IMG/VR virus record: IMGVR_UViG_3300037478_000342
Coordinates: 1-49,778 of that record
Reading direction: 5' to 3' (one strand)
DNA length: 49,778 bases
Origin: a virus
Taxonomy: Duplodnaviria > Caudoviricetes
The position numbers and the translations under genes were made by a program. Under the pieces are notes generated by a model. The model was not told the DNA's origin. It was given only the letters and a program-made list of their open reading frames with translations, and searched no databases. Positions 1-9,255 of the stretch are shown in pieces (positions within the stretch are counted from its first letter, which is position 1; each line of letters opens with the position of its first letter).

Positions 1-127
1 CGAGCGTACGGGCGTCAACGTTCCGCTCCGCTTCGACGCCGCAACTCAGCTTACGACGCTCGCAGACGCGACGGTAGCCAAGTCCAGCCCGAGCGTGGTC
101 TCCACCGTCGGCGACGGTACCGGCACG
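1..127. repeat. Terminal direct repeat (circular assembly overlap), left copy
   Basis: 1-127 is identical to 49652-49778; a reading frame continues through the junction. Confidence 0.97.
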
Positions 128-1498
128 CCCCACGATGATCCCAACAAAGGCGCCGCCGGCGAGTACTACGGCGACTTGAAAAGCGCCAGCGTGCGCGAGT
201 GGCTGTTCCCCTATTTCACATCGGCCGAGAAGCTGTCCATCGAGCGCTGGACAGGCGGCGCTGGCATCAACGCTGCACTGTCGTTCAACGCCTCAGCGAC
301 GCAGGCCGCCGCGACCACGACGCTGAGCGACGGCACGATTCTGCACACCTACCCGAACGTGCTCGGCACGTGGGGCGACAGCACGGGCAGCCCGGCGACG
401 CGCGCGCAGAAATCGGCCGGAGGAGACTTCACCGACACGCTTTACAGCGACGGCGTGCGTCGGTGGATCCTCACCGACTTCACATCGCTGGAGGATCTGC
501 AGACCGACCGATACAGCAGCGCGGGCGCGTTCGTGAACGCACCGATCCTCTTCGCCACCGCTGACACGCTGGCGGCGACCGCAACGCACTTCTTCGATGC
601 GACTATCAACTTCGGTCACGCGAGCCCGATCAAGATTCACGGCGACGGCACGGGCTCGCCGACGGACCGCACGCAAAAGACCGAAGCTGGCACGATCAAC
701 CGCTATCTTCGGTCGAACGGCGTCGATCGCATCCTCGAGCAGCTCGACCCGTCCGAGGACTTCGGCTGGTACCGCTACACCGCTGGGTCAGCGCTCGAAA
801 CACAGCTCAACCTATTTGCGGGTGGACTGGTCTACGCAGGCACGCACCTTGCCATCGCGGATGCGATCACGGTCCCGGCCGCGACGGCGGGGATGGGCAA
901 GTTTTGCATCGACAGCGCCGCGAACGGGCGGCCCAAGCTCGTCGAGGCCGACGGCGCCATCGAGCAGCTCGGCGTCGGCATCGACTCGCAGGCGATGCCG
1001 GTCGTCCACACCGACATCAGCGAGGACACCCTTGAGGACACCGCCGAGACCGACGTGCTGAACTACACGATCCCCGCGAGCGCGATGGGTGCGACCGGGA
1101 TCGTGTTCGCGAAGATCGCCGGGATCCATGTGGCGGCTTCGAGCACGTTGCGCTTGCGGATCTACCTCGACGCCTCGCTCGTGATCGACACGACGTCGCC
1201 GACCCTGGCCGAGTCTGGCGATCATGCGTTCCGCTGTGAGTTCTACGTGTGCAACCGCACCACGAGCACCCAAGTAGTTGACGGGCGTGTGGAGCTGTCG
1301 GCCGCCGACACAGCCGCGGTCGGTTACGCGTCGTGGGACGAGGCCGCGGGAACGCCGTACGAAAAAGCGACGTCGTTTGTCGGCGTCGCCAGCGAGGACA
1401 CGACCGCCGCGACCGTCCTTCGCGTGACGCTGACACAGAGCACCGCCACGCTAACCGAGATCTACACACGCCACGTGCAGCTCGCCGCTGCCGCGTAA
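2..1498 (+). CDS. Tail fibre protein, 3' part (continues from ATG 47760 across the circular junction; ~1129 aa total)
   Basis: Frame from 47760 joins in frame (…DLMAERTGVNVP…VSTVGDGTGTP…); follows baseplate J; degenerate GDGTGSP repeats. Confidence 0.8.
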   Translation, partial: ERTGVNVPLRFDAATQLTTLADATVAKSSPSVVSTVGDGTGTPHDDPNKGAAGEYYGDLKSASVREWLFPYFTSAEKLSIERWTGGAGINAALSFNASATQAAATTTLSDGTILHTYPNVLGTWGDSTGSPATRAQKSAGGDFTDTLYSDGVRRWILTDFTSLEDLQTDRYSSAGAFVNAPILFATADTLAATATHFFDATINFGHASPIKIHGDGTGSPTDRTQKTEAGTINRYLRSNGVDRILEQLDPSEDFGWYRYTAGSALETQLNLFAGGLVYAGTHLAIADAITVPAATAGMGKFCIDSAANGRPKLVEADGAIEQLGVGIDSQAMPVVHTDISEDTLEDTAETDVLNYTIPASAMGATGIVFAKIAGIHVAASSTLRLRIYLDASLVIDTTSPTLAESGDHAFRCEFYVCNRTTSTQVVDGRVELSAADTAAVGYASWDEAAGTPYEKATSFVGVASEDTTAATVLRVTLTQSTATLTEIYTRHVQLAAAA

Positions 1499-1508
1499 CA
1501 GGAGACCG

Positions 1509-2087
1509 ATGCCACTCACACCACACCAGCTCAAGATCCCCTCCGGCAACACGCCGCTCACCGATCCCGCGTGGGCCGAGAGCCTGCGCGCCGAGTGCTC
1601 GCGCGTGCTCGAGATGCCCGACCACGAGTCGCGCGTCGAGTATCCCGACGTCGTGCTGCTCGCCCGTGCGAAGGAGTCGGGCTACGGCCCGACGACGCCA
1701 GCGCAACAGGTCGTGTGGACCGTCGGCGCTCAGGTGTTCCGGGCGTTCCGCTCGCGGCCGGGCTCGGGCTTCGACCCGGAGACGATCGACGAGATCCCCT
1801 ACCCCGGCGAGGGCGGGCACCCCGAGCAATGGGACCTCGTCGCGGTCGCGCGGCAACTCGGGCACGAGGATCGGATCGCGGTCGCGCTGACCAAGGCCGA
1901 GGAGGCCAAGGCCGCGCACCTCGCCGCGAACCCGCGCAAGGATGGCAAGGGACCGACGCCGAAAGCGCTGGTGAACGCGCCAGCCGAGGCGCACAAGGCG
2001 ATGCACAGCGCGATCGTCGGCGTGCGCGAGCCGCAGCCGGTGCGCCCGGTGGGCAAGCCGTCGCGGATCCTCGGGGGGACGCCATGA
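1509..2087 (+). CDS. Hypothetical protein (192 aa), tail-fibre region
   Basis: AGGAG RBS upstream; ATGA coupling to the next gene. Confidence 0.75.
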   Translation: MPLTPHQLKIPSGNTPLTDPAWAESLRAECSRVLEMPDHESRVEYPDVVLLARAKESGYGPTTPAQQVVWTVGAQVFRAFRSRPGSGFDPETIDEIPYPGEGGHPEQWDLVAVARQLGHEDRIAVALTKAEEAKAAHLAANPRKDGKGPTPKALVNAPAEAHKAMHSAIVGVREPQPVRPVGKPSRILGGTP

Positions 2088-2395
2088 GCGACGAGACCGA
2101 GACCACCGAGGCGCCCGTCCCCGTCGTGTTCGGGATCACCCTCGCCGAGATCGACAGCGTGCTCGACCTGCTCGCCGAGCGACAAACGCCGCTGTCGGCG
2201 AAGGCCGCAAGGATGCTGGTCACCGTCAAGGCGCAGCGACAGCTTCCGCCGAAGCTCGTGCAGCTGCTGACCGTGGGGCCCGCGGAGGATCAGCCGCAGC
2301 CGCAGCCGCAGCAGCAGGCGAGCACCGGGCCGGCGCCGACCGTGGGCAAGCGGGGCCGCGGCAAGGGCCGACGAGCGAAGCATCCCGCGGGGTGA
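2084..2395 (+). CDS. Hypothetical protein (103 aa), possible fibre chaperone
   Basis: ATG overlaps the upstream TGA; MSDETETTEAPVPVVFG…; function inferred from position only. Confidence 0.65.
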   Translation: MSDETETTEAPVPVVFGITLAEIDSVLDLLAERQTPLSAKAARMLVTVKAQRQLPPKLVQLLTVGPAEDQPQPQPQQQASTGPAPTVGKRGRGKGRRAKHPAG

Positions 2396-2398
2396 ACC

Positions 2399-3100
2399 GT
2401 GCCGTTCGAATGGGGCGAGAATCCGTGGGGCGAGATCGAGTGGGGCGGCACCGGCATCGCGTGGGCCGAGACCGACGACGACGGGAACGTGCTCCCGATC
2501 CCGCCCGGCGATCACGACGCGCGCGAGACGGCGCTCGCGCGACTGTTCAAGCAATTCGCCGACACCGAGACCTGGCCCGCCCTGTTCGCGGGCGTGTTCG
2601 GCACGTGCTTCGACGACGTCGAGGATGTGATGGGCCAGGTGCTGACGCAGCGCGTGGTCTCGACCGCCGGCGGGCAAAACCTCGACGCGATCGGCGAGTC
2701 GGTCGGCCGAGCTCGGGGCGGACAGACCTCCGACGCCGACTACCGCGCCGCGATCAAGGCCGAGGCCGCGTCGCTCGTCGTGTCTGGCACCGTGAACGAG
2801 ATCCTCGAGCTCGTCGTGTCGCTCGAGCCGGCCGCGATCGTGACGCTGCGCGAGCTCTACCCCGCCGCGTTCGTGCTGACGATCACCGACCTCACCGCGG
2901 CGCGCATGCAGCTGCTCGCCGAGATCCTCGACGACGTGCCGGCCGCGGGCGTGGGCGCCTTCCTGCGCAGCTTCGACCCCGACGAGGTCGCGGGATGGGA
3001 CTCAGTGAACGGCGGCGTGACCACGCCGGGGCGCTGGGCATCGGTGCATGGCGGCACGTCCCCGCCCTACCTCTGGTCGACCGTGCGCGCGATCGGTTAG
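2399..3100 (+). CDS. Baseplate wedge protein, DUF2612-like
   Basis: Motif LDAIGESVGRARGGQTSDADYRAAIKA…SGTVNEI typical of this family; tail context. Confidence 0.75.
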   Translation: MPFEWGENPWGEIEWGGTGIAWAETDDDGNVLPIPPGDHDARETALARLFKQFADTETWPALFAGVFGTCFDDVEDVMGQVLTQRVVSTAGGQNLDAIGESVGRARGGQTSDADYRAAIKAEAASLVVSGTVNEILELVVSLEPAAIVTLRELYPAAFVLTITDLTAARMQLLAEILDDVPAAGVGAFLRSFDPDEVAGWDSVNGGVTTPGRWASVHGGTSPPYLWSTVRAIG

Positions 3101-3318
3101 GCTGATCGCATGCACCCGAACACCGAGCAGCTCCTGCGATTCTTCGAGTACGCCCACCTGCCGCCGCACCTGGCCGACGTGAGCGAGCACTTTCACGCGC
3201 TCGCACATTGGATCGCCAAGACGCTTGACGGGCCAGAGGCCACCGTCGCGCTGCGCAAGCTGCTCGAGGCGAAGGACTGTGCCGTGCGGGCCCGGCTCGC
3301 GGTAGGCTGATCGCATGC
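3098..3318 (+). repeat. 16-bp exact direct repeat TAGGCTGATCGCATGC at 3098-3113 and 3303-3318, flanking a 66-aa gene
   Basis: Read directly from the sequence; each copy holds a -10-like TAGGCT and a start ATG. Confidence 0.92.
3110..3310 (+). CDS. Small helical-hairpin protein, Acb2/Tad1-hairpin-like (candidate anti-defence)
   Basis: FFEYAHLPPHL…PEATVALRKLLEAKDCAVRA; the ORF is clear, the family assignment is tentative. Confidence 0.55.
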   Translation: MHPNTEQLLRFFEYAHLPPHLADVSEHFHALAHWIAKTLDGPEATVALRKLLEAKDCAVRARLAVG

Positions 3319-4382
3319 CGCGTCCGCTGAACGAGATCGAGGAGTGGGCCGTCGGAAACTTCGCGGCCGGCGCCGAGACATGGAGCGCGGAGCCGCGCCG
3401 CGACGACGTGGCCCTCGACGCGTTCACGGGCAGCGGGCACACGCCTGGCGAGGACGACCCGACTCCGGCGGAGGTCGAGAACGCGAGGATCGAGCGGTAT
3501 CGGAAGTGGATCCAATGGGCGGTGCAGCTCGCGGTCGGGCTGCACGCGGGCGAGGCCACGGACGGCGCGCACACGGTGGTCGGGACCGAGACGCTCACGA
3601 CCGACCTGCACTGCTCGACGCTCACCGTGCCAGCCGGGACCGTGCTGAACACCGCCGGGTTCGTCGTGTTCGCGCGGACCAAGATCCTCGTCGCGGCCAC
3701 GGGCGAGATCCGGCGCAACGGAAACCCGGGTGCCGCGTCGGTCGGGGGTGCGGGTGGGGCCGGTGGAGCTGCGCTCGCGAACGGCACAGTCGGGGGATCG
3801 GGCGCTGGCGGGGCCGGGTCGAACGGCGGCGCTGGGGACGGGGCAGCGGGGACCGGACAGAACCCCTCGGTCGCGGCCTCGGGTGCTGGTGGTGACGGTG
3901 GCGACGGCGACTTTGGCACCCTGGGTGGAGCGGGCGGGGTCGCGACGACCAGCACCGCGGCGAACGGGGGCCCCAACATCGCGTGTCGACTCGCGAACGC
4001 GATCGCAGGGCGGAACCTCGCGCCCGCGATCCTGCTCGGCGGAAGTGGCGGTGGTGGCGGTGGGAACGGCGGCGGTGGTGCAGGGGGCGGCGGCGGCTCG
4101 GGCGGCGGCGTCATGGCGCTCGTGAGCCCCGAGATCGAGAACCTCGGGACGATCGAGGCGGAGGGCGGCGTGGGCGGGAACGCGGCGGTCCAGGCCGAGC
4201 CGGGTGGTGGTGGTGGTGGTGGGCAGGGCGGCGCGATCCTGGTCGTGACCGCGTGGCGCCACGGCGCGGGCACCTGGTCGGTCGCGGGCGGTGCAGGCGG
4301 CACGGGAGGCGGCGGTGCAGCCGAGGTGGGCGAGACGGGCGACGCGGGCCGGATCGTGTACATCGACGCGGAGTCGGTCTAG
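3315..4382 (+). CDS. Glycine-rich tail fibre/baseplate-associated protein (355 aa)
   Basis: Poly-Gly tracts (GGSGGGGGGNGGGG); follows the DUF2612-like gene. Confidence 0.7.
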   Translation: MPRPLNEIEEWAVGNFAAGAETWSAEPRRDDVALDAFTGSGHTPGEDDPTPAEVENARIERYRKWIQWAVQLAVGLHAGEATDGAHTVVGTETLTTDLHCSTLTVPAGTVLNTAGFVVFARTKILVAATGEIRRNGNPGAASVGGAGGAGGAALANGTVGGSGAGGAGSNGGAGDGAAGTGQNPSVAASGAGGDGGDGDFGTLGGAGGVATTSTAANGGPNIACRLANAIAGRNLAPAILLGGSGGGGGGNGGGGAGGGGGSGGGVMALVSPEIENLGTIEAEGGVGGNAAVQAEPGGGGGGGQGGAILVVTAWRHGAGTWSVAGGAGGTGGGGAAEVGETGDAGRIVYIDAESV

Positions 4383-4864
4383 TGGCGTCGAAGTTCACCG
4401 CGGAGATCCGAGCTCGGATCGTGACGCACGTGCGCGGCGGGTGCTTCCGTCAGAACGCGGCCGAGCTCGTGGGCGTCGGAGAACGGACGCTCGAGCGTTG
4501 GGTCCACAAGGGGCGCGAGGAGATCGAGGACGTCGAGAACGGCGAGCGGAAGCGGATCGGCGCCTACGGCACGTTTCTCGTCGAGCTCCTGTGCGCCGAG
4601 GCCGAGGTCGAGTCGCAGCTCGTGGGCACGGTGCACATGCTCGCGCTGCACTCGATCGACCCGGCGCTGCGGCTCAAGGCGTGCACGTGGTACCTCGAGC
4701 GGAAGAAAAACCTTCGCTACGGCCGCGGTGCGCTGCGCGTCGAGCTCGCTCCGGGCGAGAGCGCCGACGAGGCGTCGACCGTCGACGCGCTGCTCGACCG
4801 GCTCTCGCAGATCGAGCGACGCACGACCGCGACCGACAAGCCCGACGATGGCGTCACGCATTGA
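4382..4864 (+). CDS. terS: Terminase small subunit (HTH)
   Basis: GTG overlaps the upstream TAG; N-terminal HTH (NAAELVGVGERTLERW) and AxxWYLER; directly upstream of TerL. Confidence 0.75.
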   Translation: MASKFTAEIRARIVTHVRGGCFRQNAAELVGVGERTLERWVHKGREEIEDVENGERKRIGAYGTFLVELLCAEAEVESQLVGTVHMLALHSIDPALRLKACTWYLERKKNLRYGRGALRVELAPGESADEASTVDALLDRLSQIERRTTATDKPDDGVTH

Positions 4865-6440
4865 CGCGCCGCTGCTCTCGCCCTGGGTCGCGCGACTGCT
4901 CAAGCTCGACGAGCGCGACCGCAAGCGGTATCTCAAGTCGCTACCGCAGCACGTTCGAGCTGAGATCCCGTGGACGTGGGAGTGCTGGGCGCGGCCGGAT
5001 CAGATCTGGTCGCCGAGCGCGATCGTGTGGACGTGGATCCTCGCCGGTCGCGGGTGGGGCAAGACCCGGTACGGCGTCGAGGCCACGCGCAAGGTCGTGC
5101 GCAATCCGCAGCTCGCGGGCGGCCGATCTCCACGCGACCGGCACGACAAGACCTGCGGCGAAGGTGCGTTCATTGGCATCGGGGGACGAACCTCGAACGA
5201 CGTGATCGGCACGATGCTGTACGGCCCGAGCGGCCTGATCACCTGCTCGCCGCCATGGGAGCGCCCCGAGCACCTGCGCCGCGATCGCATGCTCGTGTGG
5301 CCGAACGGCACCGTGGGTCGGCTGTTCTACGGCGACGAGCCGCGCACCTTCCTCGGCGGCAACATCGGATTCATGTGGCTCGACGAGATCGCTCACTGGA
5401 GCGCGATCGCCGAGGCGTTCACCGCGTTCGAGCTCACGCTGCGCCACGGCGAGCACCCGCGCGCGATCGGGACCACGACGCCGCTCGGCCTGCTCGAGCT
5501 CGTGAAACGGATCTTCGTGTGCGACGAGAACGGCATCCCGATCGCGGGTGAGAGCGGGCAGTGGACGACGCGCACCCGCGTGCAGGTGGTGAGCGGCTCG
5601 ACCTACGACAACGCGGCGAACCTCGCGGCCGTGTTCCTCGAGGAGGTCGTGAGCCGATACGAGGGCACGGTGCTCGGCGAGCAGGAGATCCACGGCCGCA
5701 TCTCGCTCGGCACCCGCGGCGCGATCTGGAAGTACGAGTGGTTCAAGCGCGTCGAGACGCCGCCGCTCGACAAGGGCGGAGCGCCCGACCTGGTGCGCGT
5801 CGCGATCGTGCTCGACCCGGCGGTCTCGGTCGACGAGGACTCGAGCGAGTTCGGGATCATGGTCGGGGGCGTGTGCCACGAGGGGCGCTTGTGGCTCCTG
5901 CGCGACGCGTCCGGTCACTACACCGAGGGCCAATGGTCCGACCTCGTCGTGCAGCTCGCGATCGAGCACGACGCGGACGAGATCGACTACGAAAAGAATC
6001 AGGGCGGCAACCTGATCGAGGCGGCGATCGAGCGCGCCTTCACGCGCGAGCGCGACCGACGAGCTGCGAAGGCGGTCGAGCAGTCGAGGGCCAGGGGGCG
6101 GCGGATCATCGCGCGCCCGCTGCGACAGCCGCCGATCCGCACGCTCCAGGCCACGAAAAACAAGGCCGAGCGCGGCGCCCTGGTCTCGGGACTGTGGGAG
6201 CACGGGAAGGTGGTGCACGTCGGATCGCCGCGCGGCTGGGTCGCGCTCGAGCATCAAATGACGCACTTCGATCCGAACAAACCCGCGAAGGGGCAGCGCA
6301 CCGATCGCATGGACGCGGCGGTCTGGACCGCGATCGCGCTGTGTTCGGACGGGAAGGACCGACGCGTCGCCCGAGCGCTGTCGAACGTGGAGGCGTGGAC
6401 CCGGATCGCGGCCGAGCTGCGCCGACGCGCGTCTCGGTGA
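4848..6440 (+). CDS. terL: Terminase large subunit
   Basis: Walker A AGRGWGKT, Walker B WLDE, motif TTTP, nuclease VLDPA…DRMDA. Confidence 0.95.
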   Translation: MASRIDAPLLSPWVARLLKLDERDRKRYLKSLPQHVRAEIPWTWECWARPDQIWSPSAIVWTWILAGRGWGKTRYGVEATRKVVRNPQLAGGRSPRDRHDKTCGEGAFIGIGGRTSNDVIGTMLYGPSGLITCSPPWERPEHLRRDRMLVWPNGTVGRLFYGDEPRTFLGGNIGFMWLDEIAHWSAIAEAFTAFELTLRHGEHPRAIGTTTPLGLLELVKRIFVCDENGIPIAGESGQWTTRTRVQVVSGSTYDNAANLAAVFLEEVVSRYEGTVLGEQEIHGRISLGTRGAIWKYEWFKRVETPPLDKGGAPDLVRVAIVLDPAVSVDEDSSEFGIMVGGVCHEGRLWLLRDASGHYTEGQWSDLVVQLAIEHDADEIDYEKNQGGNLIEAAIERAFTRERDRRAAKAVEQSRARGRRIIARPLRQPPIRTLQATKNKAERGALVSGLWEHGKVVHVGSPRGWVALEHQMTHFDPNKPAKGQRTDRMDAAVWTAIALCSDGKDRRVARALSNVEAWTRIAAELRRRASR

Positions 6441-6452
6441 TAGCCTGAACGC

Positions 6453-8009
6453 ATGGACCTCCGGCCCCTCGCGAGCGGCACACGGCACGACGGCCTCGGC
6501 GGCCGGTGGACGAACGAGAGCACCGGGCAGGGCGGGGTGCTCGACCGGCACTCGACCACCACGTTCGCGAAGCCGGTCGACCTGCCGTTCGTCACGATCG
6601 ACGCGCTCTATCAGTTCTCCGCGATGGCGCGACGGATCGTCGACCTCGAGCCCGAGGACGCGATCCGCGAGGGCTTCACGATCCCCGCGTTCGCGGACCA
6701 GCCGCACGTGGGCAAGGCGGTCGACCGCTCCGGCATCCTGCGCGCCGTGTCGCGTGGGCGGAAGTGGGCGCGCGCGTACGGGGGCGGCGGCGTCGTGATC
6801 CTCGCCGACGACGGGCTCGAGCCCGACAAGGAGCTCGTGCCCGCTGCGATCCAGCGGCTGCGCGGCTTCCGAGTTCTCGACCGATACGAGATCAACCCGC
6901 ACACCTACGACGAGGATCCGAAGAGTCCGCGCGCGGGCTTGCCCTCGATCTACCGCGTGATCCTCGGCGGCCGCACGTCGGTGAACGTGCACCACTCGCG
7001 CGTGCTCACCTTCCAAGGGCTCGACCTGCCCGACCGGCTGCTGGTGCCGCGCATGGGGTGGGGCGGCTCGGTGATCGATCTGATCTGGCAGGAGCTGCGC
7101 AACTACTCGAGCACGATCGACTACGTGGCCGAGGCGGTCACGCTCCTCACGCAAGGCGTGTGGAAGAACAAGACGCTCGCCGACGCGATCTCGGCGGGCG
7201 ACCAGGAGGCCGCGGTCGCGCGGTTCGAGGCGCTGCGCATCGGGATCGGGATGCTCGGCGACATCGTGCTCGACAAGGACACCGAGGATTATGAGCTGCA
7301 CGAGCGCACGCTCACCGGGCTCAAGGATGCGATCGAGGCGCTCGTGGCCGCGCTCGTGGCCGCGACCGGGATCCCGCGCGTGCTGCTGCTCGGCGAGACG
7401 CCGGGCGGCCTGAACACGGGCGAGGAGGCCGGGCAGATCCGTGCGTGGTACGACCACGTCGCGGCGCTGCAGCGCGAGATCTACACCGACCCGGTGCTCC
7501 ACCTGCTGCGTCTGTACTTGTCGAGCCGCGAGGGCCCGACGCGCGGCGTGGTGCCCGACGACCTCGAGATCGTGTGGCGCCCCTTGTGGCAACCGACCGA
7601 GACCGAGGTGGTGGCGCAGCAGCTCTCGCGCGCGCAGCGTCGTGTCGCCGACGTGAGCGCGCAGATCGTCTCGCCCGAGGAGGCGCGCCGAGATCCCGAC
7701 GTGGCGAAGATCTACGGCGTCGTGGAGATCCCGCCCGACGTCGAGCCCGACGACGTGGTGGAGGGCGGCGGCGAGACGGCGGCGAGCGAGCTCACCGGGG
7801 TCACCCCGTCACCGCTGCACCTGGTGCCCGAGGGCGAGGCGCTCATGTCGGCGCGAGCGATCGCGGCGCGGCTGGGCGTCGGGCCAGGCACGATCCACGC
7901 GTGGGCGCGAGACGGCGCCTATCCGGCGTTTCGGGTTCGGGGGCGGTGGCGGTTCGCGCGATCGCTCGTCGAGGCCGCGATCGGCGGGATCCCGGCCGCG
8001 GCGGAGTAG
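6453..8009 (+). CDS. Portal protein (DUF1073-like) with C-terminal Xis/MerR-like HTH fusion
   Basis: After TerL; ARAYGGG, VHHSRVL, GWGGSV, TGIPRVLLLGETPGGLN motifs; C-terminal ARAIAARLGVGPGTIHAWARDGAYPAFRVRGRWRF. Confidence 0.88.
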   Translation: MDLRPLASGTRHDGLGGRWTNESTGQGGVLDRHSTTTFAKPVDLPFVTIDALYQFSAMARRIVDLEPEDAIREGFTIPAFADQPHVGKAVDRSGILRAVSRGRKWARAYGGGGVVILADDGLEPDKELVPAAIQRLRGFRVLDRYEINPHTYDEDPKSPRAGLPSIYRVILGGRTSVNVHHSRVLTFQGLDLPDRLLVPRMGWGGSVIDLIWQELRNYSSTIDYVAEAVTLLTQGVWKNKTLADAISAGDQEAAVARFEALRIGIGMLGDIVLDKDTEDYELHERTLTGLKDAIEALVAALVAATGIPRVLLLGETPGGLNTGEEAGQIRAWYDHVAALQREIYTDPVLHLLRLYLSSREGPTRGVVPDDLEIVWRPLWQPTETEVVAQQLSRAQRRVADVSAQIVSPEEARRDPDVAKIYGVVEIPPDVEPDDVVEGGGETAASELTGVTPSPLHLVPEGEALMSARAIAARLGVGPGTIHAWARDGAYPAFRVRGRWRFARSLVEAAIGGIPAAAE

Positions 8010-8010
8010 G

Positions 8011-9255
8011 ATGGGCGCGCTTCGCCTAGACCGAGCCGCGCCGCAGGGTGCCGCGCCGCACGACCCCGAGACCGCCGAGGAGCTCTCCACGGCCCTCGCA
8101 CGGGCGGAGCGGGAGATCCTCCGAGCTCGGCACGAGCTCGCCCAGCTGCCCCCACGGCAGGCCGAGGCGCGCGCTCGACAGATCGGCCGCGCTGCGCTGA
8201 ACGAGGATGCGGTCGGGGTCGCGGGCCGGCGGATCGAGCGCGAGGGGCGCAAGGCGTTCGACCGGGCCGCCACGGCCGCGGCCGGCACCCCGATCGGCAC
8301 CGAGCGGCGTCTCGACGACGTGGAGGGCTGGGGGATCGACCTGATCGCCCAGGCTCGGGCACTCGTGGGTTCCGCGGCCCGTGGGATCGCCCAGGATCTG
8401 CGCGAGGCGAGACGGGCGGGCGACGATCCGGCCGACGTGGCGGCCGGGTGGCACGAGGAGGGGGTGCCGCTCCGAGCCGGAGGGACGCTCGGAGGGCAGC
8501 TCGCGAACCTGGCCCGCAACCGGACGGCCGAGCTCGGAGTCGGGCTCACGCGAGCGCGCGCGCAGTCTGTCGGGGTCGGGGCCGCGACCTGGGCGACGCA
8601 GGGCGACGACGGGGTCAGGGCAACCCACGCGGCCCTCTCGGGTCAACGTTTCACGTGGAACAATCCGCCGCTCGGAGGCCCGGGGGCCGAGCCGAATTGC
8701 AGGTGCTTCGCGATCCCAGCGTTCGACGAGGTCGAGCCCGAGGATCTGCGCCGCGATGCACGGCTGCTCGTGATCGACCCCGACGACGAGCTCGACGGCC
8801 GGCGCACCACCGAGGCGATCGCGGACGCGTGGCGCCACGCGCAACGCGACATGAACGCCGTTCTGGCATCGCCGATCGTGCACGGCGTCGCGGTCCTGAT
8901 CGGAGCCGCCGGGTCGGGCAAGACCACGTGGGCCCGGTCGCAGCGTGCCGCTCCGGGCTTCGCCGCGTTCGACGCGTGCAACGCGGACCGAGCTCGGAGG
9001 GTTGCGCTTGCGCGGAGGATCCGGGCTGCTGGCAAGACCCCGGTCGCGGTGTGGGTGCGGTCGGGGCTCGACGTGTGCGTCGCGCGGCAGGCCCGACGCG
9101 GCCTCGGCCGGCAGGTGCCCGAGGTCGTGATTGCGCGGCAGCTCTCGGAGCTGCGCTCTGCGCCACCGAGCACGCTCGAGGGCTGGGCGTCCGTGCACCT
9201 GGTCGACGGCACCCACGAGCGCGGCACGCCCAGCCTGGCGCGCCTGCTCGGCTAG
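8011..9255 (+). CDS. MuF/SPP1-gp7-like minor head protein fused to a P-loop kinase (AAA_33/PNK-like)
   Basis: WATQGDDGVRATH…PGAEPNCRC (MuF signature); GAAGSGKTT, DACN, VCVARQARR, VPEVVI, PPSTLEGW. Confidence 0.85.
   Translation: MGALRLDRAAPQGAAPHDPETAEELSTALARAEREILRARHELAQLPPRQAEARARQIGRAALNEDAVGVAGRRIEREGRKAFDRAATAAAGTPIGTERRLDDVEGWGIDLIAQARALVGSAARGIAQDLREARRAGDDPADVAAGWHEEGVPLRAGGTLGGQLANLARNRTAELGVGLTRARAQSVGVGAATWATQGDDGVRATHAALSGQRFTWNNPPLGGPGAEPNCRCFAIPAFDEVEPEDLRRDARLLVIDPDDELDGRRTTEAIADAWRHAQRDMNAVLASPIVHGVAVLIGAAGSGKTTWARSQRAAPGFAAFDACNADRARRVALARRIRAAGKTPVAVWVRSGLDVCVARQARRGLGRQVPEVVIARQLSELRSAPPSTLEGWASVHLVDGTHERGTPSLARLLG

Noticed and set aside
4040-4230. GGT/GGC microsatellite-like runs
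   Set aside because: Explained by poly-Gly coding
4941-7592. 883-aa minus-strand ORF
   Set aside because: Antisense shadow of terL/portal caused by high GC and few stops
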